Shown: in pieces, positions 1 to 8,241 of the stretch | How positions within the stretch are numbered: the stretch's first letter is position 1 | Layout: the number at the start of each line of letters is the position of its first letter | Source of the DNA: Pseudomonadota bacterium | GTDB lineage: Bacteria; Pseudomonadota; Gammaproteobacteria; Burkholderiales; Thiobacillaceae | Direction of reading: 5' to 3' | Assembly: GCA_040751755.1 (NCBI GenBank) | Contig: JBFMHC010000015.1 | Location: forward strand, 19,054-83,053 | DNA length: 64,000 nucleotides | Notes under the pieces: generated by a model | Database searches by the model: none | Told to the model about the DNA's origin: nothing | The model's input: the letters and a program-made list of their open reading frames with translations, nothing else | Translations under genes and position numbers: made by a program

Positions 1-387
1 CAGCGCCACGCCGGGCAGGCGCCGGTGAGCGTGTTCTACCAGGTCTGGCATCAGCCGCTGCTGACCGTGGGCGGCGGCCAGATCATCAACGAGGCGATCC
101 GCCTGTGCGGCGGCCGCAACGTGTTCGAGGCGCTGCCCGGCCTCGCCCCCGCGGTTAGTGTCGAGGCGGTGCTCGCCGCCGACCCCGAGGCCATCGTCGC
201 CAGCGGCATGGGGCGCGACACGCCGGTCGGCCTGGAAGGCTGGCGTCGCTGGACGAGGCTGAAGGCGGTGGCGCGGGGCAATCTGTTCTTCGTGCCGGCA
301 GACCTGATGCAACGCGCCTCGCCGCGCCTGCTCGACGGCGCGGAACGGCTCTGCCGGCACCTCGACACGGCACGCGCGCGGCGCTGA
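1..387 (+). CDS. btuF: periplasmic cobalamin-binding protein, C-terminal part (5' end lies left of the window)
   Basis: Frame 1 is open from base 1 to the TGA at 385-387. The tail (VFYQVW..LCGGRNVF..PEAIVASG..FFVPADLMQRASPRLL) matches the C-terminal lobe of BtuF-type binding proteins. It is convergent with a riboswitch-controlled TonB receptor/FecCD/ATPase operon. Confidence 0.75.
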   Translation, partial: QRHAGQAPVSVFYQVWHQPLLTVGGGQIINEAIRLCGGRNVFEALPGLAPAVSVEAVLAADPEAIVASGMGRDTPVGLEGWRRWTRLKAVARGNLFFVPADLMQRASPRLLDGAERLCRHLDTARARR

Positions 388-392
388 GCCTC

Positions 393-1166
393 TCATTCCG
401 GCCACTCCGGCACGAACCAGCGCCCCTCGCCGTCGCGCAGCTCACGCAGAGGATGGCCGTAGAGGCGGCCGAGTGCGGCGGCGTCCAGCACCTCGGCGCA
501 GGGACCCAGGGCATGCGTGCCATCGTCATAGAGCAGCAGGGCCTGGTCGCAATAGCGCGCCGCCAGGTTGACGTCATGCAGGACCATCACCACGGCCGCC
601 CCCTCCGCGCGCGCGCGCCGGCCGAACAGCTCCAGGACCGCCAGCTGGTGGTTGAGGTCGAGGTGCGCCAGGGGTTCGTCGAGCAGGTACAGATCGGGCC
701 GCTGCGCCAGCAGGGCGGCGAGCGCCACGCGCTGCCGCTCGCCGCCCGAGAGGGTGTGCAGGCCGCGCGCCTCCAGCCCGGCCAGCCCCACCTCCGCCAG
801 CGCCTCGCGCGCCAGGGCCACGTCCGCCTCGCCCTCCCAGTCCCAGCGCGAGAGGTGGGGATGGCGCCCCGCCAGGACGGTCTCCATCACGCTCGCGGCG
901 AAGGCGTCGCCCACGTGCTGCGGCAGCAGGCCGCGCCGCCGCGCCGCGCGGCGCGGGCCCAGCTCGGCATAGGTGGCGCCGCGCAGCAGGACCTCGCCCG
1001 CCGCCGGCGCCGCCAGGCCGGCCAGGGTGTGCAGCAGGGTGGTCTTGCCCACACCGTTGCGCCCCAGGATGGCGAGGCGCGCGCCCGGCCCGAGGGCGAG
1101 ATCGAGCCCGCGCACCACCTGGCGGCCAGCGATGGCGACGGACAAGGCGCGCGTCGCCAGGATCAC
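393..1166 (-). CDS. btuD: ABC importer ATP-binding protein (B12/FecE type)
   Basis: Walker A GRNGVGKT, signature LSGGERQR, Walker B LYLLDEP. The GTG at 1166 overlaps the permease stop (GTGA). The rest of the 573-aa track ORF is an Arg/Gly/Ala-rich read-through overlapping the permease in another frame. Confidence 0.85.
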   Translation of the reverse strand: MILATRALSVAIAGRQVVRGLDLALGPGARLAILGRNGVGKTTLLHTLAGLAAPAAGEVLLRGATYAELGPRRAARRRGLLPQHVGDAFAASVMETVLAGRHPHLSRWDWEGEADVALAREALAEVGLAGLEARGLHTLSGGERQRVALAALLAQRPDLYLLDEPLAHLDLNHQLAVLELFGRRARAEGAAVVMVLHDVNLAARYCDQALLLYDDGTHALGPCAEVLDAAALGRLYGHPLRELRDGEGRWFVPEWPE

Positions 1167-2158
1167 GCCTGCCCCCCCCGCGGCGCGCGCGCCATCAGGA
1201 ACAGGAACACCGGTACGCCGAGCAAGGCCGTGAGCACGCCCACCGGCAGCTGCTGCGGCGCCACGAGGACGCGCGCCAGGGTGTCGGCGAGCACCAGCAA
1301 TGCCCCGCCCGCCAGCGCCGCGGCGGGCAGCAGCAGGCGTTGGTCGTTGCCCAGCGCCAGGCGTACCAGGTGCGGCACCACCAGGCCGACGAAGCCGACG
1401 CTGCCGACGCTGGTGACGGCGGCGGCGGTGAGCAGCGAGGCGAGGAAGTAGAGCAGCAGGCGCAGGCGCGCGACGTCGGCGCCCAGGGTGGCGGCGAGCA
1501 GGGGGCCGCGCGTGAGCAGATTGAGATCGCGCGCGAAGTACAGGGCCACGGCGAGGCCGGCGCCCAGGACCGCGAGCACGGGCAGGGGGTCGCCGGCCTG
1601 CGCCGCGTCGCCCATCAGCCAGAACAACATGCCGCGCAGCTGCCGCTCCGGCGCGAGCGAGAGCATGAGCGCCACTGCCGCGCCGCAGCCGGCGGCGACG
1701 ATCACACCGGTGAGCAGAAGGCGCGACTGCGCCCAGCTGCCGTCGCCGCGCGCAAGGCCGAACACCAGGGCCATCGCCGCGAGGGCGCCGAGGAAGGCCG
1801 CCGCCTGCATGCCCAGGACGGCGCCGGCGCCCAGCAGCATGGCCGCCAGCGCCCCCACCGCGGCGCCGCCGGAGATCCCCAGGACGTAGGGATCGGCGAG
1901 CGGGTTGCGCAGCAGGATCTGCATCAGCGCGCCAGCTAGGGCGAGCAGGCCGCCGCCGGCGAAGGCCGCGAGGGCGCGCGGCAGGCGCAGGCCCAGCACC
2001 ACCTCGCGCGCCATGGCGTCGCCGCCGCCGAGCAGCACCGCCCACACCTCCGCCGGGGCGAGGGCGAGGCTGCCGGCGGCCAGCGCCGCCAGCACGCCGG
2101 CCGCCGCCAGGCACAGCAGCAGGGCCAGGACGAGCAGGGCGCGGCGTCTGCCCGGCAT
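1163..2158 (-). CDS. btuC: FecCD-family ABC permease (B12 importer)
   Basis: 331 aa and multi-pass hydrophobic. Typical FecCD blocks are present (LLRNPLADPYVLGISGGAA, GVLTALLGVPVFLFLM). It lies between the TonB receptor and the ATPase. Confidence 0.85.
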   Translation of the reverse strand: MPGRRRALLVLALLLCLAAAGVLAALAAGSLALAPAEVWAVLLGGGDAMAREVVLGLRLPRALAAFAGGGLLALAGALMQILLRNPLADPYVLGISGGAAVGALAAMLLGAGAVLGMQAAAFLGALAAMALVFGLARGDGSWAQSRLLLTGVIVAAGCGAAVALMLSLAPERQLRGMLFWLMGDAAQAGDPLPVLAVLGAGLAVALYFARDLNLLTRGPLLAATLGADVARLRLLLYFLASLLTAAAVTSVGSVGFVGLVVPHLVRLALGNDQRLLLPAAALAGGALLVLADTLARVLVAPQQLPVGVLTALLGVPVFLFLMARAPRGGQA

Positions 2159-2162
2159 GGGG

Positions 2163-4079
2163 TTAGAAGACCGCCTTCACACCCACACGCCAGTTGCGGG
2201 TGAAGTTCACCGGATAAACGACATCGTCGAGGATCCAAAGCCCGTTCTTGTGCTCGAACAGGTTCTCCACACTGGCGAACCACTCCAGATTGCGATGGCG
2301 ATAGCGATAGGCGACATCCGTGGACTGGTAGGCGGCCTGCTTCTGCGCGTTGTTGTTGTCGAAATCCTCTGCCGCCCATGCGGTGCTGCGCCAGGCATGG
2401 GTCAGGTTCAGGCTGGCATTCTTGCTGGGCGAATACGCCAGGCCGAGGACGACGCCATGCCGAGACACGCCCGGCAAGTCCTTGCCGTTGTAGGAGCCGC
2501 CACCTGAATCCTCGCGGTCGATGATGGCGCGCGTGTAGGTGTAGTTGAGAGAACCGCTCAAGACCTCCGAGATCCGCCACGTGTCCTGCATCTCCAGGCC
2601 GTACTTGTGCGACTTGTCGATATTGGTGTTGTAACTGGTCGCCCAGTTGCCGGTGCTGTAGTAGTAGATCTCGTTCTTCAGCTTGCCGTAGAAGACGTCG
2701 GCCTTGAAGCGATTCCGCGCGTCGACATGGTTCACCCCGAGGTTGAGGGTGCGGCTGCGCGCCGGCTGAATGAAGGCATTGAAGGAACCGTAGGTGAAGA
2801 AGCGGTCGATGTCCGGTGCCTGGAAGGCCTGGTTGTAGTTCGCGAACACGGACAGTCGATCATCCAGTTGGCGATTCACCCCCACATCCCAGGCCGTGAG
2901 ATCGTGGCGGGCATGCAACGCTGTGCCACTGTTGGGCACGTATGCGTATTCGACCCGCTCCGTACGCGCTCCCGCGGAGAGGGTGAGGCGATCCTGGCGG
3001 TACTGCCCCTGTGCATACCAGCCGGTATTGGTCTTGCTGGTCCGGTCGAAGGAACCGATACGGGTGCCATCGAAGGTCTGCACGCCTGCGGTCAGGTCGA
3101 GCGCCTGACCACGGTACTGCAAGGCCAGATCATCAACGCTGTAGTCGTAATTCGACAGGGATGAGTACGAAACATAGTTGGACAGCTTGTCCTCATTGCT
3201 GTGGCGGGCGCTGAGCTTGAGCGTCTTGCTCAGCTCAAGCTCAGCCCCGAGCAGCCAAACGTCGCTGGCGAATTTCTGGTACGTGTAGGTATTGCCGCCG
3301 TTCTGCGCCGGGTTAGTGTGGAACGCCGCCTGGCTCAGCGCGCCAGGGTAGCGGGTATCGATGCGCGTGCTGGCCGCTTCCAGATCCAGCTTCAGCCGCT
3401 CGACCGGACGCAGGCCGAGGCCACCGCGCCAGGTACGGTTGCTCGCCGCGTCACGATGGCCGGTCACATCCGGATCGCTGTAGCCATCCAGGCCCTGGTA
3501 CTCCGCGCTGGCCGACACGTCCACGCGTTCTCCCGCCGCGCCCGCGCTCACCGTCGCGCCCCGCATGCCATGGTTGCCCGCCGCGATCTGCACGGCCACG
3601 CCGGTATGTTGGCGGGTATAGATCTGGATGGAACCGGCGGTGGCGCCGTCGCCGAACATGACCGACCCGCTGCCACGCGTGATCTCGATGCGCTCGATGT
3701 CGCCAAGCGGGATTGCACCAAGCAGTTGCGGTGCCATGTCGATGTTGTTGAGGCGCCGCCCGTCCAGGGTGACGACGATATTCTGATAACCGTCGCCGAT
3801 GCCGTAGCCACGCATATCGATCTTGGGCGTGAAGCGATTGCCGTAGCTGGGCATCACCACGACGGAGGTGTGCTGCGCCAGATAGTCGTACACGGTGGTG
3901 GCGGCGGATTTCTCGATCTGCCTGCGCGTGTGCACCTCGGAGGCATAGGGCGCGGCGATATCCGCAGTCGGGACACGCGTCGCGGTGACGACGATCTCGT
4001 CGAGCAGGGTGGGGTCTTGCGCCTGGACAGGCAGGCTGAAGAGGCCGGCGATGAGCGCGGCCAGGGGGGTGCGTTGCAT
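2163..4079 (-). CDS. btuB: TonB-dependent outer-membrane receptor (cobalamin type)
   Basis: The ATG at 4079 gives the signal peptide MQRTPLAALIAGLFSLPVQA and the TonB box DEIVVTATR. The beta-barrel ends ...VGVKAVF. A cobalamin riboswitch lies directly upstream. The 85 codons upstream in the track ORF cover the riboswitch. Confidence 0.9.
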   Translation of the reverse strand: MQRTPLAALIAGLFSLPVQAQDPTLLDEIVVTATRVPTADIAAPYASEVHTRRQIEKSAATTVYDYLAQHTSVVVMPSYGNRFTPKIDMRGYGIGDGYQNIVVTLDGRRLNNIDMAPQLLGAIPLGDIERIEITRGSGSVMFGDGATAGSIQIYTRQHTGVAVQIAAGNHGMRGATVSAGAAGERVDVSASAEYQGLDGYSDPDVTGHRDAASNRTWRGGLGLRPVERLKLDLEAASTRIDTRYPGALSQAAFHTNPAQNGGNTYTYQKFASDVWLLGAELELSKTLKLSARHSNEDKLSNYVSYSSLSNYDYSVDDLALQYRGQALDLTAGVQTFDGTRIGSFDRTSKTNTGWYAQGQYRQDRLTLSAGARTERVEYAYVPNSGTALHARHDLTAWDVGVNRQLDDRLSVFANYNQAFQAPDIDRFFTYGSFNAFIQPARSRTLNLGVNHVDARNRFKADVFYGKLKNEIYYYSTGNWATSYNTNIDKSHKYGLEMQDTWRISEVLSGSLNYTYTRAIIDREDSGGGSYNGKDLPGVSRHGVVLGLAYSPSKNASLNLTHAWRSTAWAAEDFDNNNAQKQAAYQSTDVAYRYRHRNLEWFASVENLFEHKNGLWILDDVVYPVNFTRNWRVGVKAVF

Positions 4080-4124
4080 GGAGGGGGGTCCTTTTTCGTT
4101 CCCAGCGTCCCCGCAGGGAAGGCC

Positions 4125-4188
4125 AAAAAAAGCGGGCCGAAAAAGGTTGTCGCAACCGGTTTCTCCGTAACCGCCTCCCGCGGCCCGC
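4125..4188 (-). terminator. putative riboswitch expression-platform terminator
   Basis: On the minus strand, GCGGGCCG (4188-4181) pairs with CGGCCCGC (4139-4132), with small internal hairpins such as GGTTG-CGA-CAACC. A run of 7 U follows (4131-4125), about 45 nt before the btuB ATG. Confidence 0.5.
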
Positions 4189-4189
4189 A

Positions 4190-4375
4190 TCCTGCCGCAG
4201 GCCGGTCTCCGGGCTCGCGCCTGGGGCCGTTCGACCCCGGTCTTCCGCCTTCCCGTCCGAGGACAGTGGCCAGTGGAGGACCTTTGAGCGCTTACCGTTG
4301 CGGGGGCAGCACAGGCATTGGGGGATTCCCGCACCTGTTTCCCGTTTCACCCCTCCTGCGAGGGGCACCTGAAGC
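4190..4375 (-). promoter_or_regulatory. cobalamin (AdoCbl) riboswitch
   Basis: The minus strand reads GGTGAAACGGGAAACAGGTGCGGGAATCCCC (4351-4321), GCTGCCCCCGCAACGGTAAG (4310-4291), the B12 box CCACTGGCCACTG (4276-4264) and AGCCCGGAGACCGGCCTGC (about 4215-4195). These are the conserved cores of the cobalamin riboswitch. It sits 5' of a TonB receptor. Confidence 0.9.
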
Positions 4376-4405
4376 GGGCGGGATTGTAGCCGATGCGCGG
4401 CGGGC

Positions 4406-4966
4406 TTACTCGACGGCGTGGCGCACGCCGCCATGCTTCACGGCGTACTGGATCTTCTTCAGATCGCCCACGGTGTCCACCGAGCAGAGGTAGTGGAAGA
4501 ACAGTTCGCGCTGGTGGCTGGTGGCCTGGCGCACCGGGATGGGCTCCCATTTCGCATAGCGGTTGCGCGACCATGTGCCGCCACCCTTGCCGTCCGCGTG
4601 GCCGAAGGCGTAGAGCTTGCGCTCGCCGGTCTCGCAGCGCATGCCCTCGAAGCTCACGGTCTCGGCGCCGGCGGGGCTCCTGATCAGCATGCTGTAGCGC
4701 GCCACGCCGTCGCCACCGAGGTTGATGGAGTTGAAGTCGATGTAATAGCGGTTGCTGGCAGTGGGAGAGACCGTGAACTCGACCAGGTCGCCCGCCTTCG
4801 GATAGGGCGGCAGCTGCGCCTGGATCTCCTGCCACGCCTTGGTGTTCTCGTCGAAGTCGTATTCGAAGTTGCCCATCTTGTAACTGTCTCCCCAGACCGT
4901 GGCCTGGGAATCGGCGAAGGCGGGGGTGCCCAACAGGCAGACGAGGATGGCGGTGAGGTAACGCAT
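4406..4966 (-). CDS. CNP1-like family secreted/lipoprotein
   Basis: The ATG at 4966 gives the signal peptide MRYLTAILVCLLGTPAFA. The body (YYIDFNSINLGGDGVARYSMLIRSPAGAETVSFEGMRCETGERKLYAF) resembles CNP1-like proteins. Confidence 0.65.
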   Translation of the reverse strand: MRYLTAILVCLLGTPAFADSQATVWGDSYKMGNFEYDFDENTKAWQEIQAQLPPYPKAGDLVEFTVSPTASNRYYIDFNSINLGGDGVARYSMLIRSPAGAETVSFEGMRCETGERKLYAFGHADGKGGGTWSRNRYAKWEPIPVRQATSHQRELFFHYLCSVDTVGDLKKIQYAVKHGGVRHAVE

Positions 4967-5012
4967 GCGGGTCTCCGGAACAGGCACGCATGATAGCGCG
5001 CCCGCCCGGCGC

Positions 5013-5594
5013 TCAGTCCAGGTCGCCCGCCAGGGAATCACGCACCGCGGCCGGCACCTGCACTGCCACCGCGTACTCGGCGTGGTCGATGCCGGCGGCG
5101 ATGCCTGCCCCCGCCTTCACCGCCGCGCGCATCGCCGGCGTCAGCTCGAAGCGCATGAAGTGGATGGAGGCGGTCTTGTCCTGGGCGCTGCGGTCGAGGT
5201 CCTCGTTGCACACGGGGCGGACCTTGTCGAAGCCGTCCACCCGCACCCACACCGCCTCCTCGATGCCGATCAGGCGCGCCAGGGCGGCGCGGCGCTCACG
5301 CTCGTCCGGATACTCCACCATGAAGGTGGCCTTCCAGTTGCCGCCGTCCGGGATCAGCGGGTTGTAGACGTCCAGCTCCTCCTGTATCGGCTCCGGCTCG
5401 AACATGCGTTCCAGGCGCAGCATCTCCTGCACCTGGTACTGCATGGTCAGCGCGTCCTCGAAGTAGAGCGCGGCGTGCTCGCCGAGGGCGACGCGGCGGT
5501 TCTTCTTGTGGGCGATGACGCGGGCGCGGAACTCGGGGCGCACGCGTGCGTATTGCTCCAGGCTGTAGAGGCTTTCGTGGCTCAGCTTTTCCAT
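5013..5594 (-). CDS. DUF3501 family protein
   Basis: 193 aa. MEKLSHESLYSLEQYARVRPEFRARVIAHKKNRRVALGEH... is typical of DUF3501. It is 11 nt downstream of the Fe-S protein gene. Confidence 0.7.
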   Translation of the reverse strand: MEKLSHESLYSLEQYARVRPEFRARVIAHKKNRRVALGEHAALYFEDALTMQYQVQEMLRLERMFEPEPIQEELDVYNPLIPDGGNWKATFMVEYPDERERRAALARLIGIEEAVWVRVDGFDKVRPVCNEDLDRSAQDKTASIHFMRFELTPAMRAAVKAGAGIAAGIDHAEYAVAVQVPAAVRDSLAGDLD

Positions 5595-5605
5595 GTCGTG
5601 CTCCG

Positions 5606-6940
5606 TCAGATGCCGTAGGCCCTGCGCAGCAGGGTGATGGGGTGTTCCGGCCGGCTGCCGTCGCCTCGCGCATGGGCGATGTGGTGACCGGCCATGGCGC
5701 AGTCGCTGCCGTAGTGGTCCGGCTTTGCCTGATTCACCCGGTTCACCACGGGCTTCACGATCTTCATGGCGTACTGGTGGAACTCCTTCTTCACCGCATA
5801 GGTGCCGTCGTGGCCGGAACAGCGCTCGATGAACTCGATCTCCGTACCGGGTACCAGGGACAGGGTCTCCTTGGTCTTGGGGCCGATGTTCTGCACGCGC
5901 TGGTGGCAGGCGGCGTGATAGGCCACCTTGCCCAGCGGCTGCTTGAAGTCGGTATTCAGCTTACCCGCCTTGTAGCGCAGCATCAGGTACTCGAAGGGGT
6001 CGTAGAAGGCCTCCTTCACCTTACGCACGTCCGGGTCGTCGGGGAACATGAGCGGCAGTTCCTGCTTGAACATGAGCACGCAGGAGGGGATCAGGGCGGT
6101 GAGGTCCCAGCCCTCGTCCACCAGCCTGGCCAGGACGGGAATATTGGCCTCCTTGGCCTGGCGCACGGACTCCAGGTCGCCCAGTTCCAGCTTGGGCATA
6201 CCGCAGCAGCGCTCCTTCTCCGCCAGGGTGACGGGGATGCCGTTGTGCTCGAATACCGCCGCCAGGTCCTCGCCGGGCCCGGGTTCGTTGCGGTTCATGT
6301 AGCAGGTGGCGAACAGGGCGATCTTGCCCTTGGTCTCGCCCGCAGCCTCGCCGGGGGTGGCAGCGGGCAGCTTCTTCAGGCGGCTGCGCAGGGGATGGCT
6401 GGAAAACTCGGGCAGCCAGGCCTCGGCGGAAATTTCCGCCACGGCTTCCAGGGCCTTGCGCGCCGGGCCGACCCGGTTCACCGCGTTGACCACCTGCGCC
6501 ACCACGGGAATGCCGGCGAAGGCGCCGACCGCGTCGGTGCTGGTCAGCACCTTGTCGCGCAGCCTGGCGCCGTGATTCTTGAAGTGCACCGCCTTGGCAC
6601 GCAGCATCAGGTGCGGAAAGTCGAGGTTCCACTCGTGCGGTGGCACGTAGGGACACTTGGTCATGTAGCAGAGGTCGCAGAGGTAGCAGTGCTCGACCAC
6701 CTTCCAGTAATCCGTCTTCGCGACCCCCTCGACCTCCATGGACGCGGAGGCGTCCACCAGGTCGAACAGGGTGGGAAAGGACTGGCACAGCGACACGCAG
6801 CGGCGGCAGCCGTGGCAGATGTCGAACACCCGTTCCATCTCCTGGAACAGGGCGGCCTCATCGTGGAAATCGGGGTTTTGCCAATCGAGCGGGTGGCGGG
6901 TGGGGGCTTCCAGGTTGCCTTCGCGGATCGGGGTGGCCAT
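5606..6940 (-). CDS. HdrD/GlpC-like (Fe-S)-binding protein with CCG domains
   Basis: ATG at 6940. There are two 4Fe-4S motifs ([24 protein letters not shown]) and two CCG-type motifs ([15 protein letters not shown]). The upstream 107 codons of the track ORF run through an intergenic repeat and the rubrerythrin gene. Confidence 0.8.
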   Translation of the reverse strand: MATPIREGNLEAPTRHPLDWQNPDFHDEAALFQEMERVFDICHGCRRCVSLCQSFPTLFDLVDASASMEVEGVAKTDYWKVVEHCYLCDLCYMTKCPYVPPHEWNLDFPHLMLRAKAVHFKNHGARLRDKVLTSTDAVGAFAGIPVVAQVVNAVNRVGPARKALEAVAEISAEAWLPEFSSHPLRSRLKKLPAATPGEAAGETKGKIALFATCYMNRNEPGPGEDLAAVFEHNGIPVTLAEKERCCGMPKLELGDLESVRQAKEANIPVLARLVDEGWDLTALIPSCVLMFKQELPLMFPDDPDVRKVKEAFYDPFEYLMLRYKAGKLNTDFKQPLGKVAYHAACHQRVQNIGPKTKETLSLVPGTEIEFIERCSGHDGTYAVKKEFHQYAMKIVKPVVNRVNQAKPDHYGSDCAMAGHHIAHARGDGSRPEHPITLLRRAYGI

Positions 6941-6985
6941 GTCGGGTCCTTGATTCGAGATCGGTTGGACAAGGGCGGCGGCGCC

Positions 6986-7034
6986 GCCCTCACCCTTTGC
7001 CTGGCCCTCCCCCCTCGAGGGGGAGGGGGAGAAC
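6986..7034. repeat. GC-hairpin + GGGTGAGGG repeat, intergenic copy (reverse orientation)
   Basis: CCCTCACCC (6987-6995), then a 9-nt spacer, then an imperfect C-rich/G-rich hairpin CCCTCCCCCCTCGAGGGGGAGGGGG (7005-7029). Same family as the copies at 18011-18052 and 27049-27164. Confidence 0.7.
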
Positions 7035-7035
7035 A

Positions 7036-7455
7036 TCAGGAGCCCAGTTCGTTCAGGGCCTTCTGATAGCGGTTGGCGTGCGAGCGCTCGGCCTTGGCCA
7101 GGGTCTCGAACCAGTCGGCGATCTCGTCGAAGCCTTCCTCGCGCGCGTCCTTGGCCATGCCCGGGTACATGTCGGTGTACTCGTGGGTCTCGCCGGCGAC
7201 GGCGGTCTTCAGGTTGTCGGCGGTGGCGCCGAAGGGCATGCCGGTGGCGGGATCGCCGCACTGCTCCAGATACTCCAGGTGGCCGTGCGCGTGGCCGGTC
7301 TCGCCCTCGGCGGTGGAACGGAACAGGGCGGCCACGTCGTTGTAGCCCTCGACGTCGGCCTTGGAGGCGAAGTACAGGTAACGGCGGTTGGCCTGCGACT
7401 CGCCCGCGAACGCGGCCTTCAGGTGGGCCTCGGTTTTGGAACCTTTCAGTTGCAT
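7036..7455 (-). CDS. rubrerythrin-family diiron protein without rubredoxin domain
   Basis: ATG at 7455 preceded by AGGAGG. 139 aa with paired E...ExxH motifs (AGES, EGETGH, AGETHE, AERSH). It has only one Cys, so there is no C-terminal rubredoxin CxxC pair. Confidence 0.85.
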   Translation of the reverse strand: MQLKGSKTEAHLKAAFAGESQANRRYLYFASKADVEGYNDVAALFRSTAEGETGHAHGHLEYLEQCGDPATGMPFGATADNLKTAVAGETHEYTDMYPGMAKDAREEGFDEIADWFETLAKAERSHANRYQKALNELGS

Positions 7456-7484
7456 GGTGGCACTCCTCCTTGTGTGGTCAGGGA

Positions 7485-7506
7485 CAATCACCCCGGGGGG
7501 TGATTG
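7485..7506. promoter_or_regulatory. 10-bp-arm palindrome in the rubrerythrin leader
   Basis: CAATCACCCC-GG-GGGGTGATTG, 30-50 nt upstream of the rubrerythrin ATG. Confidence 0.4.
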
Positions 7507-7541
7507 CATTCTTGGAAGGGCCGGCGGCTTTGTGAAATATG

Positions 7542-7568
7542 TTTTGGCTATGGGATCCATAGCCAAAA
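7542..7568. promoter_or_regulatory. 27-bp perfect palindrome (candidate operator)
   Basis: TTTTGGCTATGG-GAT-CCATAGCCAAAA with 12-bp perfect arms. It lies about 90-110 nt upstream of the rubrerythrin start and 18 nt after the DedA stop. No U-tract follows the stem on either strand. Confidence 0.4.
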
Positions 7569-7585
7569 ACTAACGCGTCGTGCCC

Positions 7586-8227
7586 TCAGGCGGCGGCGCG
7601 GCGGTGGCGCAGGAACTCGAGGAGGCCCGGCAGGACGGAGAGGAAGACGATGCCCAGGATCACCAGGGACAGGTTGTTCTTGACCACGGCGAGGTTGCCG
7701 AAGAAGTAGCCCGCCGGCACCAGCAGGCCCACCCACAGCAGGGCCCCCAGCACGGAGAAGGCGAGGAAACGCGCGTAGGTCAGGCGACCGATGCCGCAGA
7801 CGAAGGGCACGAAGGTGCGCACCAGCGGCACGAAGCGGGCGATGATGATGGCCTTCGGGCCATGCCGCTCCATGAAGGCGTGGGTGCGGTCCAGGTTCTC
7901 GCGCTTGAGGAAGCGGCTGCCCTCGAACTGGAACACCTTGGGGCCGAGGAAGCGGCCGATCCAGTAGTTGACGTTGTCGCCGCACAGCGCCGCGACGATC
8001 AGCACCCCCGAGAGCACCACCGGGTCCATGCCGCCCGCCGCCGCCACCGCCCCGGCCACGAACAGCAGGGAATCGCCCGGCAGGAAGGGCGTCACGACGA
8101 AGCCCGTCTCCATGAAGATGATGGCGAACAGGATGGCGTAGACCCACACGCCGTAGCTCTGCACCAGCAGGGCGAGATGCTTGTCCAGGTGCAGGACGAT
8201 GTCGACGAACTGGGCGAGCAGCTCCAT
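7586..8227 (-). CDS. DedA family inner-membrane protein
   Basis: ATG at 8227. The sequence FMETGFVVTPFLPGDSLLFVAG ... NVNYWIGRFLG ... IIIARFVPLVRTFVPFVCG is a DedA/SNARE-associated signature. Confidence 0.85.
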   Translation of the reverse strand: MELLAQFVDIVLHLDKHLALLVQSYGVWVYAILFAIIFMETGFVVTPFLPGDSLLFVAGAVAAAGGMDPVVLSGVLIVAALCGDNVNYWIGRFLGPKVFQFEGSRFLKRENLDRTHAFMERHGPKAIIIARFVPLVRTFVPFVCGIGRLTYARFLAFSVLGALLWVGLLVPAGYFFGNLAVVKNNLSLVILGIVFLSVLPGLLEFLRHRRAAA

Positions 8228-8241
8228 GGGGCGGCGTCCGC

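Noticed and set aside
393-2114. A 573-aa ORF suggesting a very long ABC ATPase.
   Set aside because: The ATPase homology begins at the GTG at 1166, where a GTGA overlap with the permease stop occurs. The upstream 316 codons overlap btuC in another frame and are Arg/Gly/Ala/Pro-rich.
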